A stretch of 64,000 nucleotides of DNA from a virus (IMGVR_UViG_3300042691_023046:1-64000); one strand, 5' to 3'; numbered from the stretch's first letter, positions 1-10,502 are shown. The notes: generated from the letters alone by a model not told the origin. Program-made: numbers and translations.

Positions 1-3000
1 CAACAATTTTGTGATAAATTAGGTATTAATGTTAATATAGTTGATGCTGTTGATAGAGATGGAAATCTATTAGATTATAATGCTGTAGCTAAATTTACAC
101 AATCTAATATGAAAGCTGTTATTGATTTAGTTAAAGGTAAATTAGGTTATGATACTTTTACAGAAGAAACAGTACATTTTTTAACTTGGATGATGCGTGG
201 AACACCTTTATATAAATCTATGTTTAATGATATTGTAAATCAACCTATTTATAATACAGTAAAAGAAAATTATGCTCATAAATATACTACTGAAACTCAA
301 TTTAGAGAAGAAGCTATAACTCAAATGATAGTACAAACTTTATTAAAACAATATAAAGAAGGTACTAAATTAACAGAAAATCAATATAATGAAATAACTA
401 ATGATGTTAATAGAGTAAGTAGATGGTGGAATAAAGTTTTAGCTTATTTAAAAAATTTATTTAATAAAATAGAAGTTAATGAATATGATTTAGCTGCTAT
501 GAAATTATTATTTGGTGATACTAATGATTTAAATTTAAGTAATATTAATAGTAATGAAGAAATGTTACAATTAGCTGATAAACCTATTCAAGAACAAATT
601 GATGCTTATTATGAAGCTATTAAAAGTAGAAATATAGTATTAGAAGAATCAACTCATAAATATACAGAAGAAGGTGTGGAATTTAAAGAAAGTTTAACTG
701 AAAGTATTTCTAAAAATGAACAGTTTCCAGATAGAACAACTAAAGAAAAAATAAGAGATAACTTTTTAAAAGAAAATGGTACAAAAGCACATAAAGATTT
801 TCAAAATTCTTTTATTAGACAAGTAGAACAATTAAACGGTGAAATAAAGACAGCTAGAGAATTATTTACAGATGAAGATACTAGATATGAAATAAATAAA
901 TATGTTAAAAATTTAATTAATAGTTATCCTAAAGGTACTAAATTTATAATAGAAACTCCTATTGGAACAAAAGATAAAAAATTAGCTGGCACACCAGACG
1001 TTGTTATAATTTATGATGAAAATGGTAAAGTTAAAATAGATATATTAGATTATAAATTTGTTGAATTTACTAAAGTTAATGGTGTTGTAATTGATGAAGA
1101 AATAAAACCTTACAAAAAGAAAAAATACACTAAACAATTACAAGGTATTAAAACTATTTTACAAGAAGAATATGGTATAAATGTACCTATAAACGGATAT
1201 ATATTACCTATGAGTGTTAATGTAGGTTTTGATAAAGCTAGTCAAAATTACACTATAGCTAGTATTGAAGTTGGTAATTTAAATTATGATAAAGATAAAT
1301 TATATTTAAATAGAATACCACTAGAAACTAATAAAACAGATGATAAAACAGTAAATTCTATACTAGATGGTTTATTGGCTACTAAAGAGAGAATAAGGAA
1401 AAGACAAACTTCTGGTGATTCAAAAGCTGATTTAAACAAACAAGCTAGACTTAAAGATATTAATGAAGCTATTAAAAAAATAATTCTTACTAAACAATTA
1501 GATAGTTTTTTTGATGAAGCTATTAGTGAAATAGATTTAGCAATAGAAAATATATCTGATGAAAATATATCAGAAATAGGTGATTTATTAGCTTTTTATA
1601 AAAACTTAAATTTTAGTGATTATAAAAATAAAAACACAGATAAAGAAAATATTGATAGTAAAATTAGTGATTTTAAACATAAAGTAGATGATTTAGAAAG
1701 TGCTTATTTAGTAGAATTAAATAAAAGTGCTGAAAAAATAGCTGAACTTACAGGTGTGGAAGATGTTAATATTCCTCAAAAAGATATTAGTTGGTGGAAT
1801 AAAACTTTAAGTTATTTTTCAACAATTGATAATCCTTATATAAAAGCTTTATATAAATTAGTAATAAAAGCTAAAGATGATTCAAAAGTAAAATATGAAG
1901 AAGCTTTAACAAAAATAAGTAAATTATCAAATGGTGTTTTAGAATACGCTAAATCTAATGGTATAGACCCTAATAAAGCTTTTGAAATTTTTATTAAACG
2001 AGATAAATATAATAATATTGTATTATTAGATATGTTTAGTAAAGCTAGTAGAGATAAAATTCAAAAAGCAAGAGAAGATAAAGATTATATTACATTGCGT
2101 AAAAATTTAATATTTGATGAACTTAAATATAATGAAAGAGTTGCTAATGATAAAGCTTTTTATACAGAAAAATATAAAAATTATGCTGATAGTGATAAAA
2201 AAATTCAACAATTGTTAGATACATTAGAAAAACAATTTGATGTAAGAAAATCAGAATATGCTTTAATAAATAAAAATAATAGGTATCTTAAATTAAATGA
2301 TAAAACTTTAGAATTAAATGAAGATTATAAAAAAATACAATCTAATCCAGATTTAAAAGCTTTTTATGATTATTTTATTGAAACTGTACAAGAAAGTAGA
2401 AAAAAACTAGGATTAGATTATGATGCTAAATTTATACCACAAGTAGTGCAATCAATGTTTGAAGCAGTAAAAGATAATAATTATAATTTTACAGATAAAT
2501 TTTGGAATGAAGTATCAACTTCACAACAAGGTAGTTATGGTGAATTAAATTCATTAACAGGAAATCCAGATTATAAAATAGCAGTTCCTTATAATAATAA
2601 AATAGGTAAAGAAGCTTCAACTGATTTAGGTAAAGTATTAGCTTTATGGACTAAAGCAGCTTTAGATGCAGAACATTTAGGAGAAATAGAAGATTCAGTA
2701 CATATTTTAAAACAGGCTTTACAACAGCAGAAATTTTTTAGAACAAGTGCTTTAGGAAAGAAAATGTTCAATAATGAAAAAGGAGAATTTGAAATAATAA
2801 AAGCAGATGATACTAAAACATTAGCAGCTTTTATAGGTTTTATGAACCAAGCTTTATATAATATACAAATTACTGATGATGTAGCATTTAAAAAAACTAG
2901 AACTAAAAAATTATTTAATGAAGATGGTACACCTAAAATGAAAGATGGTAAACAAGAAACAGAAGAATATGAAATGAATGTTAGTTTAGCTAAGTTTATT

Positions 3001-4299
3001 CAAAAAATTCAATCTTATTTATCTGCTAAATCTTTAGGTTTAAATGTTATTTCAGCTACAGCTAATATTGGTGGTGGTTATTTAAATGGATTATATGAAG
3101 GAGAAAAAGGTATTCATTATAATAAAAAACAATTTTTAAAAGCTTCTAAATTATTTACAGCAGGAAAACTTGGTGATGTTAAAGTTATGACTGCTATAAG
3201 ATATTTTGATATATTAGGAGATATGGAAGGTTTTAATAAAGCAAATGCTTTATCTGTTAATGCTATGGATAGATTTTTTACTTATGATAAAATATACGCT
3301 TTACAAAAAGGAGGTGATACTTTAATTCATAATACAGTTCTTATATCTTTAATGCAATCACATGGTATAAATATTGATGGTAAAATTAAAAATTTAAGAT
3401 TATTACCAGAAGGAACTAAATCTATACTAGATAGTATGGAGTTAAATGGTGATAATTTAGTAATTAAAGGTATAACTGATAATAAAGATAATACTGAATA
3501 TTTAAATTTTAGAAGAAAAGCTTTATCAGTTAGTCAAAAAATAATAGGTGCTTCACCAATGTATGATATTAGATTAGTAAATCAATCTATATTAGGTAGA
3601 ATATTAATGCAGTTCAGAGGTTGGATGCCTAGAATGATAGAAGAAAGAGGAGGAACATTAAAATATAATAATAATTTAGAAGAATTTGAAAAAGGTAAGT
3701 TTATATCATTTGGACAATTTTTAATTGATAATATAGCTAAAAATTCATTTGAACTCTTAAAACAATTTGGTGATATTGGTAATAATATTGAAGAAATATT
3801 AGGTAATAAATGGGAATTATTAGATGAAGAAGTTAAACAAAAATATCTTAAAAACAGTGCTAATGAAGCAGAAGCTAAAATAAGATATATAGCTTTAGAA
3901 AAAGGTAATATAAAAGCTACTTTGTTAGAATTAAAAACTATATTAGGAGTTTTAGGTTTAATAATGTTAATGAATGGTGGAGATGATGATGATAAAAAAA
4001 CAGGTTTTAATAAATTTGCAAATAAAGTAGCAGATAGAATGTATAATGAATTATCATTTTTTATAGTACCTAGTTCAATTAATACAATTATTAATAAACC
4101 AGCACCTATTATGTCAGTATTAACAGATGGTGTTAAATTAGGAAATGATTTTATAGGTCAATCAATAGGTGTTTTAACAAATTCAGAAGAAATGATGAAA
4201 AAAAATAAACCTATAAAACAATTAGGTAAAATGTTTCCTGTAGGAAATGAAATAGTAAAAGATTTATCAATTGTATTTGATGATAAATATTGGGAGTAA
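1..4299 (+). CDS. Giant crAss-like virion/ejected cargo protein, 5'-truncated
   Basis: Frame is open from base 1 (QQFCDKLGINV...), upstream of the ATG at 109. Has a zincin-like EETVH motif, a PD-(D/E)XK-like GTPD...ILDYK motif and a hydrophobic C-terminal segment before GGDDDDKK. It is the last + strand gene before the convergent terminator. Confidence 0.7.
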   Translation, partial: QQFCDKLGINVNIVDAVDRDGNLLDYNAVAKFTQSNMKAVIDLVKGKLGYDTFTEETVHFLTWMMRGTPLYKSMFNDIVNQPIYNTVKENYAHKYTTETQFREEAITQMIVQTLLKQYKEGTKLTENQYNEITNDVNRVSRWWNKVLAYLKNLFNKIEVNEYDLAAMKLLFGDTNDLNLSNINSNEEMLQLADKPIQEQIDAYYEAIKSRNIVLEESTHKYTEEGVEFKESLTESISKNEQFPDRTTKEKIRDNFLKENGTKAHKDFQNSFIRQVEQLNGEIKTARELFTDEDTRYEINKYVKNLINSYPKGTKFIIETPIGTKDKKLAGTPDVVIIYDENGKVKIDILDYKFVEFTKVNGVVIDEEIKPYKKKKYTKQLQGIKTILQEEYGINVPINGYILPMSVNVGFDKASQNYTIASIEVGNLNYDKDKLYLNRIPLETNKTDDKTVNSILDGLLATKERIRKRQTSGDSKADLNKQARLKDINEAIKKIILTKQLDSFFDEAISEIDLAIENISDENISEIGDLLAFYKNLNFSDYKNKNTDKENIDSKISDFKHKVDDLESAYLVELNKSAEKIAELTGVEDVNIPQKDISWWNKTLSYFSTIDNPYIKALYKLVIKAKDDSKVKYEEALTKISKLSNGVLEYAKSNGIDPNKAFEIFIKRDKYNNIVLLDMFSKASRDKIQKAREDKDYITLRKNLIFDELKYNERVANDKAFYTEKYKNYADSDKKIQQLLDTLEKQFDVRKSEYALINKNNRYLKLNDKTLELNEDYKKIQSNPDLKAFYDYFIETVQESRKKLGLDYDAKFIPQVVQSMFEAVKDNNYNFTDKFWNEVSTSQQGSYGELNSLTGNPDYKIAVPYNNKIGKEASTDLGKVLALWTKAALDAEHLGEIEDSVHILKQALQQQKFFRTSALGKKMFNNEKGEFEIIKADDTKTLAAFIGFMNQALYNIQITDDVAFKKTRTKKLFNEDGTPKMKDGKQETEEYEMNVSLAKFIQKIQSYLSAKSLGLNVISATANIGGGYLNGLYEGEKGIHYNKKQFLKASKLFTAGKLGDVKVMTAIRYFDILGDMEGFNKANALSVNAMDRFFTYDKIYALQKGGDTLIHNTVLISLMQSHGINIDGKIKNLRLLPEGTKSILDSMELNGDNLVIKGITDNKDNTEYLNFRRKALSVSQKIIGASPMYDIRLVNQSILGRILMQFRGWMPRMIEERGGTLKYNNNLEEFEKGKFISFGQFLIDNIAKNSFELLKQFGDIGNNIEEILGNKWELLDEEVKQKYLKNSANEAEAKIRYIALEKGNIKATLLELKTILGVLGLIMLMNGGDDDDKKTGFNKFANKVADRMYNELSFFIVPSSINTIINKPAPIMSVLTDGVKLGNDFIGQSIGVLTNSEEMMKKNKPIKQLGKMFPVGNEIVKDLSIVFDDKYWE

Positions 4300-4306
4300 A
4301 AATGAT

Positions 4307-4344
4307 AAAAAACAGCTAATCAATTAAGATTAGCTGTTTTTTTT
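4307..4344. terminator. Bidirectional intrinsic terminator
   Basis: AAAAAACAGCTAATC-aattaa-GATTAGCTGTTTTTT between convergent genes. Confidence 0.9.
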
Positions 4345-4555
4345 ATTGTGTTAATTTTACTTCTCCTGTAAAATCTTGAAAATCATTCATATTCCACATT
4401 TCTTCATAATAACCAAAATTGTGGTCTGGTCTTTTACTTATAACCATCCCTCTTTGTGGTTCTATAAATAAAACAATAAGATTGTCCATCGTTTTATTTA
4501 CCATCATTTTTGGAAATTTGTTGTTAGAATCATTTATAATAGTATCTATTTTCAT
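4343..4555 (-). CDS. Hypothetical protein
   Basis: 70 aa ORF in operon orientation. Confidence 0.6.
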   Translation of the reverse strand: MKIDTIINDSNNKFPKMMVNKTMDNLIVLFIEPQRGMVISKRPDHNFGYYEEMWNMNDFQDFTGEVKLTQ

Positions 4556-4567
4556 GTTATTTTTTTT

Positions 4568-5461
4568 TTAAAATATATACCTTATAGGTATATTTAAATC
4601 TGATTTTACTAAATTAGTAAATTCATTAACTAATTTGTATTTTAAATTGTATTTGTATCTAACATTGTTACCACCATATAAACTTACTTTAGTTTCTTGT
4701 ATATTAGGTGTCCAAAGTAATAATTCTGGTTGTTCTATATTTTTACTTAAATTAATATTATGTAGATTTTCATTATGTGTTAAAAATATACATTCTAATC
4801 CACATTGTTTTTTAAAATCATCTGATACTTCATTATTAATTATTTTAAACAACTCTTTGTAATCTTCTATCCAATTAGGTTGATATATAATAGGACTAAA
4901 GTTTATATGTGTTGAATATCCAGCTTTATATAATTTTTCTAAAAACTTAATTCTATTAATAATTGGGCTTGTACCTTTTTCTAAAATTTGTCTTATAATT
5001 TCTGGCATTAAACTCATTCTAACTCTAATTTTATTATTAGGTTCGTAATCTAGTAATTTGTTATTTACCCATTTAGTTGCAAATGTAGCAGCTAATTTAG
5101 GATGATTTTTAAAATAATTAAATACATAAAACCAATTATAATGTTTCCACATATAGTTTATATCTGTATCACATGAAATATCTACATAATAATAAGTATC
5201 ATCTATTTGATTTGGTTTTTTAGGAAAAATTTCATCTTTTATAGCTAAATCACATTGATTTAATATTTCATCTGTATTTGTGTTAATATAAATTAATTTT
5301 CTACCAAATCTAGCAACATAACAATAACTACAAGGATTATCATATTCATTTGATTGTGTATTAGCACAACCTAATATAAAATTAGCTGATGTATAATCTG
5401 CACTTCTACCATTTTCTTTACATATAATTGTTTTAGTTTTTTGATATTTTATTATTTTCAT
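4568..5461 (-). CDS. Spore photoproduct lyase-like radical SAM protein
   Basis: NGRSADY, GC-x11-CSYCY, DISCDTD, TFATK, RVRMSL and HINFSPII motifs of the SplB family. Confidence 0.8.
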   Translation of the reverse strand: MKIIKYQKTKTIICKENGRSADYTSANFILGCANTQSNEYDNPCSYCYVARFGRKLIYINTNTDEILNQCDLAIKDEIFPKKPNQIDDTYYYVDISCDTDINYMWKHYNWFYVFNYFKNHPKLAATFATKWVNNKLLDYEPNNKIRVRMSLMPEIIRQILEKGTSPIINRIKFLEKLYKAGYSTHINFSPIIYQPNWIEDYKELFKIINNEVSDDFKKQCGLECIFLTHNENLHNINLSKNIEQPELLLWTPNIQETKVSLYGGNNVRYKYNLKYKLVNEFTNLVKSDLNIPIRYIF

Positions 5462-5571
5462 TAACTAATTCTTTTTTATCAATACATTTTTGACATTGTA
5501 AAAGTAAATGTAATTCATTTTTTTTACATATAATACTTCATTACAATTATTATTTATACATTTTTTTGGTA

Positions 5572-6369
5572 TCATATTATTTTTTCTTTAATAAGTATAA
5601 CTTTAACTTTTTCTATTAATTCTTCAATAGTACCATTATTATCAATTATATAATTAAATTCAGCATTATCTAAAGCTGTTTCACTAGGATGTAATTCTAC
5701 ATAAGGTCTATTACCTTCTGATAAAAGCCTATTAACTCTAATGCTAATTCCACCTCTACTTTTAATTGCTTCTAATTCGTTTTCAAATCTAGTATCGGTT
5801 ATAATCCAATTAGGATAAGTTTCACTATTAGGAACTCTTTCTTCAGGACTACATTCTCTATCCATTGGATTAACAAGTCTGTACTTGTAAGTAACTTTAT
5901 ACTCATTCATTAAACTATTAACCCAAACATTTTCATTAAGTATATTTCTCATACAATCTGTACCAACTAATTGTAACATTTTTCTTACAGTTAATAGTTC
6001 AGTATCTTCTACAATAATATATTCTCTGTTTTTATATTTTAATCTTTCTTCAAACTCTTTATTCCAAACATAAGTATAAATTCCATTTTTAACTTTTAGT
6101 TGAATATATTTTTGTTTCCATTCTTTTCCTAATTTACTATTTTTAAAATCATTATCTTCTAATTGTTCTCTAGTACAACCAATTAATAAACAAACTATGT
6201 CTTTTAAAGTATCTGCAAATTTTTTTATTTGAAAAGTTTTAGTTGTATTTAAATTAAAATACTGCTCAAATGAATAATCAATATAAACATAATCTCTTGT
6301 TAAATACTGTATAATTTTACCTACAGTATCTTTACCACTTCCTATTTTACCGCTAATTGCTATTATCAT
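5572..6369 (-). CDS. Deoxynucleoside monophosphate kinase
   Basis: GKIGSGKDT P-loop, FADTLK, R..LQLVGTD, ITDTRFENE, HPSE. Confidence 0.9.
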   Translation of the reverse strand: MIIAISGKIGSGKDTVGKIIQYLTRDYVYIDYSFEQYFNLNTTKTFQIKKFADTLKDIVCLLIGCTREQLEDNDFKNSKLGKEWKQKYIQLKVKNGIYTYVWNKEFEERLKYKNREYIIVEDTELLTVRKMLQLVGTDCMRNILNENVWVNSLMNEYKVTYKYRLVNPMDRECSPEERVPNSETYPNWIITDTRFENELEAIKSRGGISIRVNRLLSEGNRPYVELHPSETALDNAEFNYIIDNNGTIEELIEKVKVILIKEKII

Positions 6370-7169
6370 TATATTTTTTTATTTTTAAATGTAATTTGTC
6401 CTTGCCCTTCTAACATTTCTATTTTAGCATCTGCAAATATAGCAGGATATTTATCTTTAACTAAATAATATATTTGATTAAATATAACTCTAATTTCCCA
6501 TTCAGCATGAATTGATGTTCTAGCTTCAATAGTTTGTCTTAATGTTCTTAAATTAACACTAAAACCTATTTCATTAGATTGACCATTAGGCATAATTCTT
6601 CTCATCGCAGATGTATATTTTTTCTTTTTAGAAAAATCAGTCATGCTATCTAATCCTAGTTTTTCTTCAATGATTTTATATTGATTTTCAATAGATTTTC
6701 TTATTTCTTCTATTTCATCATAAACTGGTTCTAATATAGGGTCAACTACTAATTTTAATACATCATTTCTAACATATCTACCACTTGTTTGACTAAATGC
6801 AGTTCCTACCCTATGTCTTACTAATTCATGTGTAAACACTCTACTACAATCAGTTACTACAAAATTTAAATTACAATGTTCAAAAACACTTCCATGTTGT
6901 GAATCAATTGTACTAATAATATTATCATGTATAGCTCTAACTTTACTAATATTTTTATTTTTCTTATTAGTTAAACTAGCATAACATAATTTAGCATAAA
7001 AAGAACAAAGTATTTCTCCTTCATTTAAACCTTCTTTTATACTTTGATTAATTTCATCAACAAATTCAAATTGGTCAGTATCAGTTAAATATTGTATTAA
7101 ATTATCTATATTTAATGATGTTGCTCCTATAAAATAGGTTTTTGGTATTACAAAATTTTTATTTTTCAT
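6369..7169 (-). CDS. thyX: Flavin-dependent thymidylate synthase
   Basis: HGSVFEH and ELVRHR-x5-SQTSGRY signature. Confidence 0.95.
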   Translation of the reverse strand: MKNKNFVIPKTYFIGATSLNIDNLIQYLTDTDQFEFVDEINQSIKEGLNEGEILCSFYAKLCYASLTNKKNKNISKVRAIHDNIISTIDSQHGSVFEHCNLNFVVTDCSRVFTHELVRHRVGTAFSQTSGRYVRNDVLKLVVDPILEPVYDEIEEIRKSIENQYKIIEEKLGLDSMTDFSKKKKYTSAMRRIMPNGQSNEIGFSVNLRTLRQTIEARTSIHAEWEIRVIFNQIYYLVKDKYPAIFADAKIEMLEGQGQITFKNKKI

Positions 7170-7173
7170 TTTT

Positions 7174-7524
7174 TTAACTTTTTACAAATTCTATTATTTG
7201 TATAGATAATTGTTCTATCAATTCATCTATACCGCTTTCAGTAATATTTTTATTAATTTTTATATTAAGATTTAATTTACCATCGTTTGTTGCTACAAAT
7301 GAATTAGTAACATATTCTTTATTATTATAAAAACTTAATACTTTTTCTCCTAAATTATCACTCCAATTTTCATCTATCCATTCTTTAGATTCTTTTAAAC
7401 CTATAGAATTTAACATATAAAAATTTTTTACAGCTTCTAATTTAATATTTTCTTTTTGGTATCTATTAAATTCAGAAATTAAATGTTCTTCTGATTGATA
7501 CCATATTTTTTTATTTCCTATCAT
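7174..7524 (-). CDS. Protein with ribosomal L7/L12 C-terminal-like motif
   Basis: KLEAVK...IGLKESKEWID resembles the L7/L12 KI.AIK..R...GLKEAK..V motif. Confidence 0.45.
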   Translation of the reverse strand: MIGNKKIWYQSEEHLISEFNRYQKENIKLEAVKNFYMLNSIGLKESKEWIDENWSDNLGEKVLSFYNNKEYVTNSFVATNDGKLNLNIKINKNITESGIDELIEQLSIQIIEFVKS

Positions 7525-7540
7525 TTTATTATTTTATTTG

Positions 7541-8053
7541 TTATAACATATAATTATTTACAATAATATTGTAATTATCAGTAACTCTTTTTGAAAAAAT
7601 ATCATTAATAGTTTCAAAATAGTTATTTATTTTTGTATTACCATTATAAACTAAAGTTCTATTAATAGAATATTTTTTACTTTTAAATAAATTTACTATT
7701 TCAGATGGTTGATAAGCATTTCTTGTTGTTAATATGTGCATTATTGTATATCTAGCTGATACTGTATGAGTTTCTCTTAATTTACCAAATAATTGATTTA
7801 TTTCAATACCCCAAACTTTACAAGTTTCTACTATTAATTTTTCAAAAATACGTTGTTTTTCATTATTATTAGAAGTAAATTTACCTGTTATTTTTACATT
7901 TTTATTAACAATTCTATTTAATATTTCTAATTCAAGTATTCTTCTTTCTAATGTCAACATATATTCTGATTGACTTTGTTGAAGTTGTAATAATTCTTTA
8001 TATCTATGATAATTCTTTTCACGAACAGATTTTTTTTCAACTTTATCTACCAT
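7541..8053 (-). CDS. DnaA C-terminal (domain IV)-like HTH protein
   Basis: ETCKVWGIEINQLFGKLR...SARYTIMHIL...SEIVNLF...NRTLVY pattern. Confidence 0.6.
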   Translation of the reverse strand: MVDKVEKKSVREKNYHRYKELLQLQQSQSEYMLTLERRILELEILNRIVNKNVKITGKFTSNNNEKQRIFEKLIVETCKVWGIEINQLFGKLRETHTVSARYTIMHILTTRNAYQPSEIVNLFKSKKYSINRTLVYNGNTKINNYFETINDIFSKRVTDNYNIIVNNYML

Positions 8054-8712
8054 TTTATTTCTTTTTGATTTGTTTCTAATAATATTTTGTTTATTTGATT
8101 AAAACAATCGTTGTATATCCATTTTCTTTTTTCATAAAATGTTATACTAGGGTGTTCTAATTCAATAATTATTGCTTTTTTTGAATTAATATACTGTTTA
8201 AGATTTACCACTTCTTTTCCTAGAAGTAAATAAATAACAGTATTTTCTTTTGCTTCTAAAGATAAAAGAAGGGCTTGAATAAACTTTTCCCAACCAATAG
8301 ACTTATGACTACCAGATTTGTTTTTTTCAACACTCAAAGACTTATTAAGCAGTAAAACTCCTTGTTCAGCTAGTCTAGTTAAATCCCAATCTTGTAATCT
8401 AAAACCATCATAAACACTTTCTTCAATAGCATTTAATATATTTAATGTAGTTAAAGGTACTGATAAATTTTCTTCATTACAACTAATAGCTAATCCATCA
8501 GCTTGTCCTGTAATATGTGGTTCTTTATCAATTATAACTACTTTAATATCTTTCCATTCTGTTAATTTTAATGCTTTAAAATAATCTTTATTTACTGGTT
8601 CTATTTTACAACCACGTTCTCTTTCTTTATATAAATGAGTACCTATATTTTTAAAATAGGTACTCACAAATTCATTTTTTAGGATTTTATCCCATTGTTC
8701 TGATATTACCAT
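8047..8712 (-). CDS. Uracil-DNA glycosylase family protein with degenerate motif
   Basis: KVVII, ADGLA, LAEQGVLLLN, SH..IGW and HPS are present. GQDPY is replaced by DKEPH. Confidence 0.8.
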   Translation of the reverse strand: MVISEQWDKILKNEFVSTYFKNIGTHLYKERERGCKIEPVNKDYFKALKLTEWKDIKVVIIDKEPHITGQADGLAISCNEENLSVPLTTLNILNAIEESVYDGFRLQDWDLTRLAEQGVLLLNKSLSVEKNKSGSHKSIGWEKFIQALLLSLEAKENTVIYLLLGKEVVNLKQYINSKKAIIIELEHPSITFYEKRKWIYNDCFNQINKILLETNQKEIKW

Positions 8713-8933
8713 TCTTCATCATCTTCATCATCAATATCATCAAAATCTATAAAATCAATACTATCAGAACCATCAAATAAATCTTCATCTTTAAAATCTA
8801 AACTATTATCTTCACTTTCAAAGTCCAATTTATCATTTTGTTGTGAATCATCATATTTATCAAGTTCTTCAATTTCACAACATTCATCAGCTATACACTC
8901 TTTTGGTGTTTTACAATTTAAACATGTTTTCAT
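8706..8933 (-). CDS. Small Cys-rich, acidic protein
   Basis: CxxC...C...CC followed by a D/E-rich tail. Confidence 0.55.
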   Translation of the reverse strand: MKTCLNCKTPKECIADECCEIEELDKYDDSQQNDKLDFESEDNSLDFKDEDLFDGSDSIDFIDFDDIDDEDDEEW

Positions 8934-8937
8934 AATT

Positions 8938-9309
8938 TTAAGCTCCCCATTTTTTTAATAATTTTTCTATTTCTTCAAAGTTTCCTACTGCTAACAAACC
9001 TTTTATATTTGTAGCTAAATCTTTTTTAATATTAGTTTTATCTTTATAACCTATAGTTTCTTCAAATTGATTTATTTGAATAGTTTGTTTATTTAATTTT
9101 TCTTTTAAAGCTATTATTTCATAATGTAAATCTTCATTTTCTAATACTAATTTTTTATTTTCTAAATGAATATTTAAATTAGGATATTGCATTAAACCTG
9201 CAATATATAAACCATAAGCTGTTTTATAACCTTTAGCAAAATCACCTTTTTTATCAACTATTGTTTTTTCAAATGTTTCTAATATATTTTTTATTTGGTC
9301 TAATATCAT
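8938..9309 (-). CDS. Hypothetical protein
   Basis: Tightly packed ORF. Confidence 0.6.
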   Translation of the reverse strand: MILDQIKNILETFEKTIVDKKGDFAKGYKTAYGLYIAGLMQYPNLNIHLENKKLVLENEDLHYEIIALKEKLNKQTIQINQFEETIGYKDKTNIKKDLATNIKGLLAVGNFEEIEKLLKKWGA

Positions 9310-10034
9310 TTAATTTCCTCCAATTCTTCTAATTTTAAACTTAAATGGTCAAATATATGTTCGTAATCACTACCATAAAAACCCCAACAACTATCAATTT
9401 CTTCTAATTCAATGTTTTTTGTACTTTCTGCTATTAATTCACTTTTATTTATAAAATTATTTTCAGAACTGATATTATCTAAATTTTCTTTTGTTATAGT
9501 ATAAGTTTCAACTTGTTCAAATACTTTAAACCCATAAACTTCTCCTGATAAATATTGATTCCAAGTTTTAATTAAATTTTCTACATAATTAGTTCTAGCT
9601 TCTTCTTCTGTTAAATTTTCTTCATTTTTAGAACTACCTTTTAATAAATCTTTTTTAATTAAAATAAATCCTGTACTACTTGTGTCCCATCTATCTCCAT
9701 TGTGATTTAAACTTAAACTAACTCCTCCATGAATATGAGCATATACAGTAAAAATATGATATTCTGAATAATTAACACCTTTATTGTATTCCCATTTTTC
9801 TATAACTTCTTTGTAATTAAATTTATTTTTATCTTCAATAGATTCTAAATAATTTAAATAATTATAAATTTCTTTACAAATAAAACCATCTCTATTAATT
9901 GTAAAATCTTTATGTTTATATACTAAAAATATTTCATCATTTTCCCAATCATCAGGACTTTCTGGATTACTATCTTGAAAAATATGTAATTCTTGATTTT
10001 TATCTTTTATTTTGTATTTAATTACTGCTATCAT
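9306..10034 (-). CDS. Conserved phage hypothetical protein
   Basis: HGG..S...WD...G, YLSGEVYG and DSCWGFYG motifs. Confidence 0.65.
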   Translation of the reverse strand: MIAVIKYKIKDKNQELHIFQDSNPESPDDWENDEIFLVYKHKDFTINRDGFICKEIYNYLNYLESIEDKNKFNYKEVIEKWEYNKGVNYSEYHIFTVYAHIHGGVSLSLNHNGDRWDTSSTGFILIKKDLLKGSSKNEENLTEEEARTNYVENLIKTWNQYLSGEVYGFKVFEQVETYTITKENLDNISSENNFINKSELIAESTKNIELEEIDSCWGFYGSDYEHIFDHLSLKLEELEEIK

Positions 10035-10044
10035 TTTTATTTAA

Positions 10045-10287
10045 TTAGTATTTTCTATAAAAAAAATCTACAAATTCTTTAAATCTTATATCTTGTAATT
10101 TAAATAAATCTGCTGCTATTTTATCATGATTTTCATCTTCATTATGTAAACAAATAGTTTCATAATGTGAATCTACATAAGTTAAAATATGTTTTTCACT
10201 TTGATTACACCATACAAGTATTATTGTATTTGGATTTATTTTTTCTTCTTCATTAAAACTCTTATCTTTTATATTGTATTGTAACAT
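10045..10287 (-). CDS. Hypothetical protein
   Basis: ORF in operon. Confidence 0.55.
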   Translation of the reverse strand: MLQYNIKDKSFNEEEKINPNTIILVWCNQSEKHILTYVDSHYETICLHNEDENHDKIAADLFKLQDIRFKEFVDFFYRKY

Positions 10288-10291
10288 AATT

Positions 10292-10501
10292 TTATACTCC
10301 TATTATTATTTCACCTATTTGTACATCTCTACTTAATATTACTGCCATACCTAAATATTCTCCTAAATCTAAATTTTTAGCTAATTCTTCATTTATAAAA
10401 ATATTTCTTTCTGTTACTGGATTTAAAATAACATATTCAGCTTTAAAACCTTTAAGTTGAATATTAAATTTTTTATTATTTATTTGTTCTATTATTGTCA
10501 T
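10292..10501 (-). CDS. Hypothetical protein
   Basis: ORF in operon. Confidence 0.55.
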   Translation of the reverse strand: MTIIEQINNKKFNIQLKGFKAEYVILNPVTERNIFINEELAKNLDLGEYLGMAVILSRDVQIGEIIIGV

Positions 10502-10502
10502 T

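Noticed and set aside
1-4299. Virion RNA polymerase
   Set aside because: No DxDxD catalytic motif was seen. The RNAP gene probably lies outside the window.
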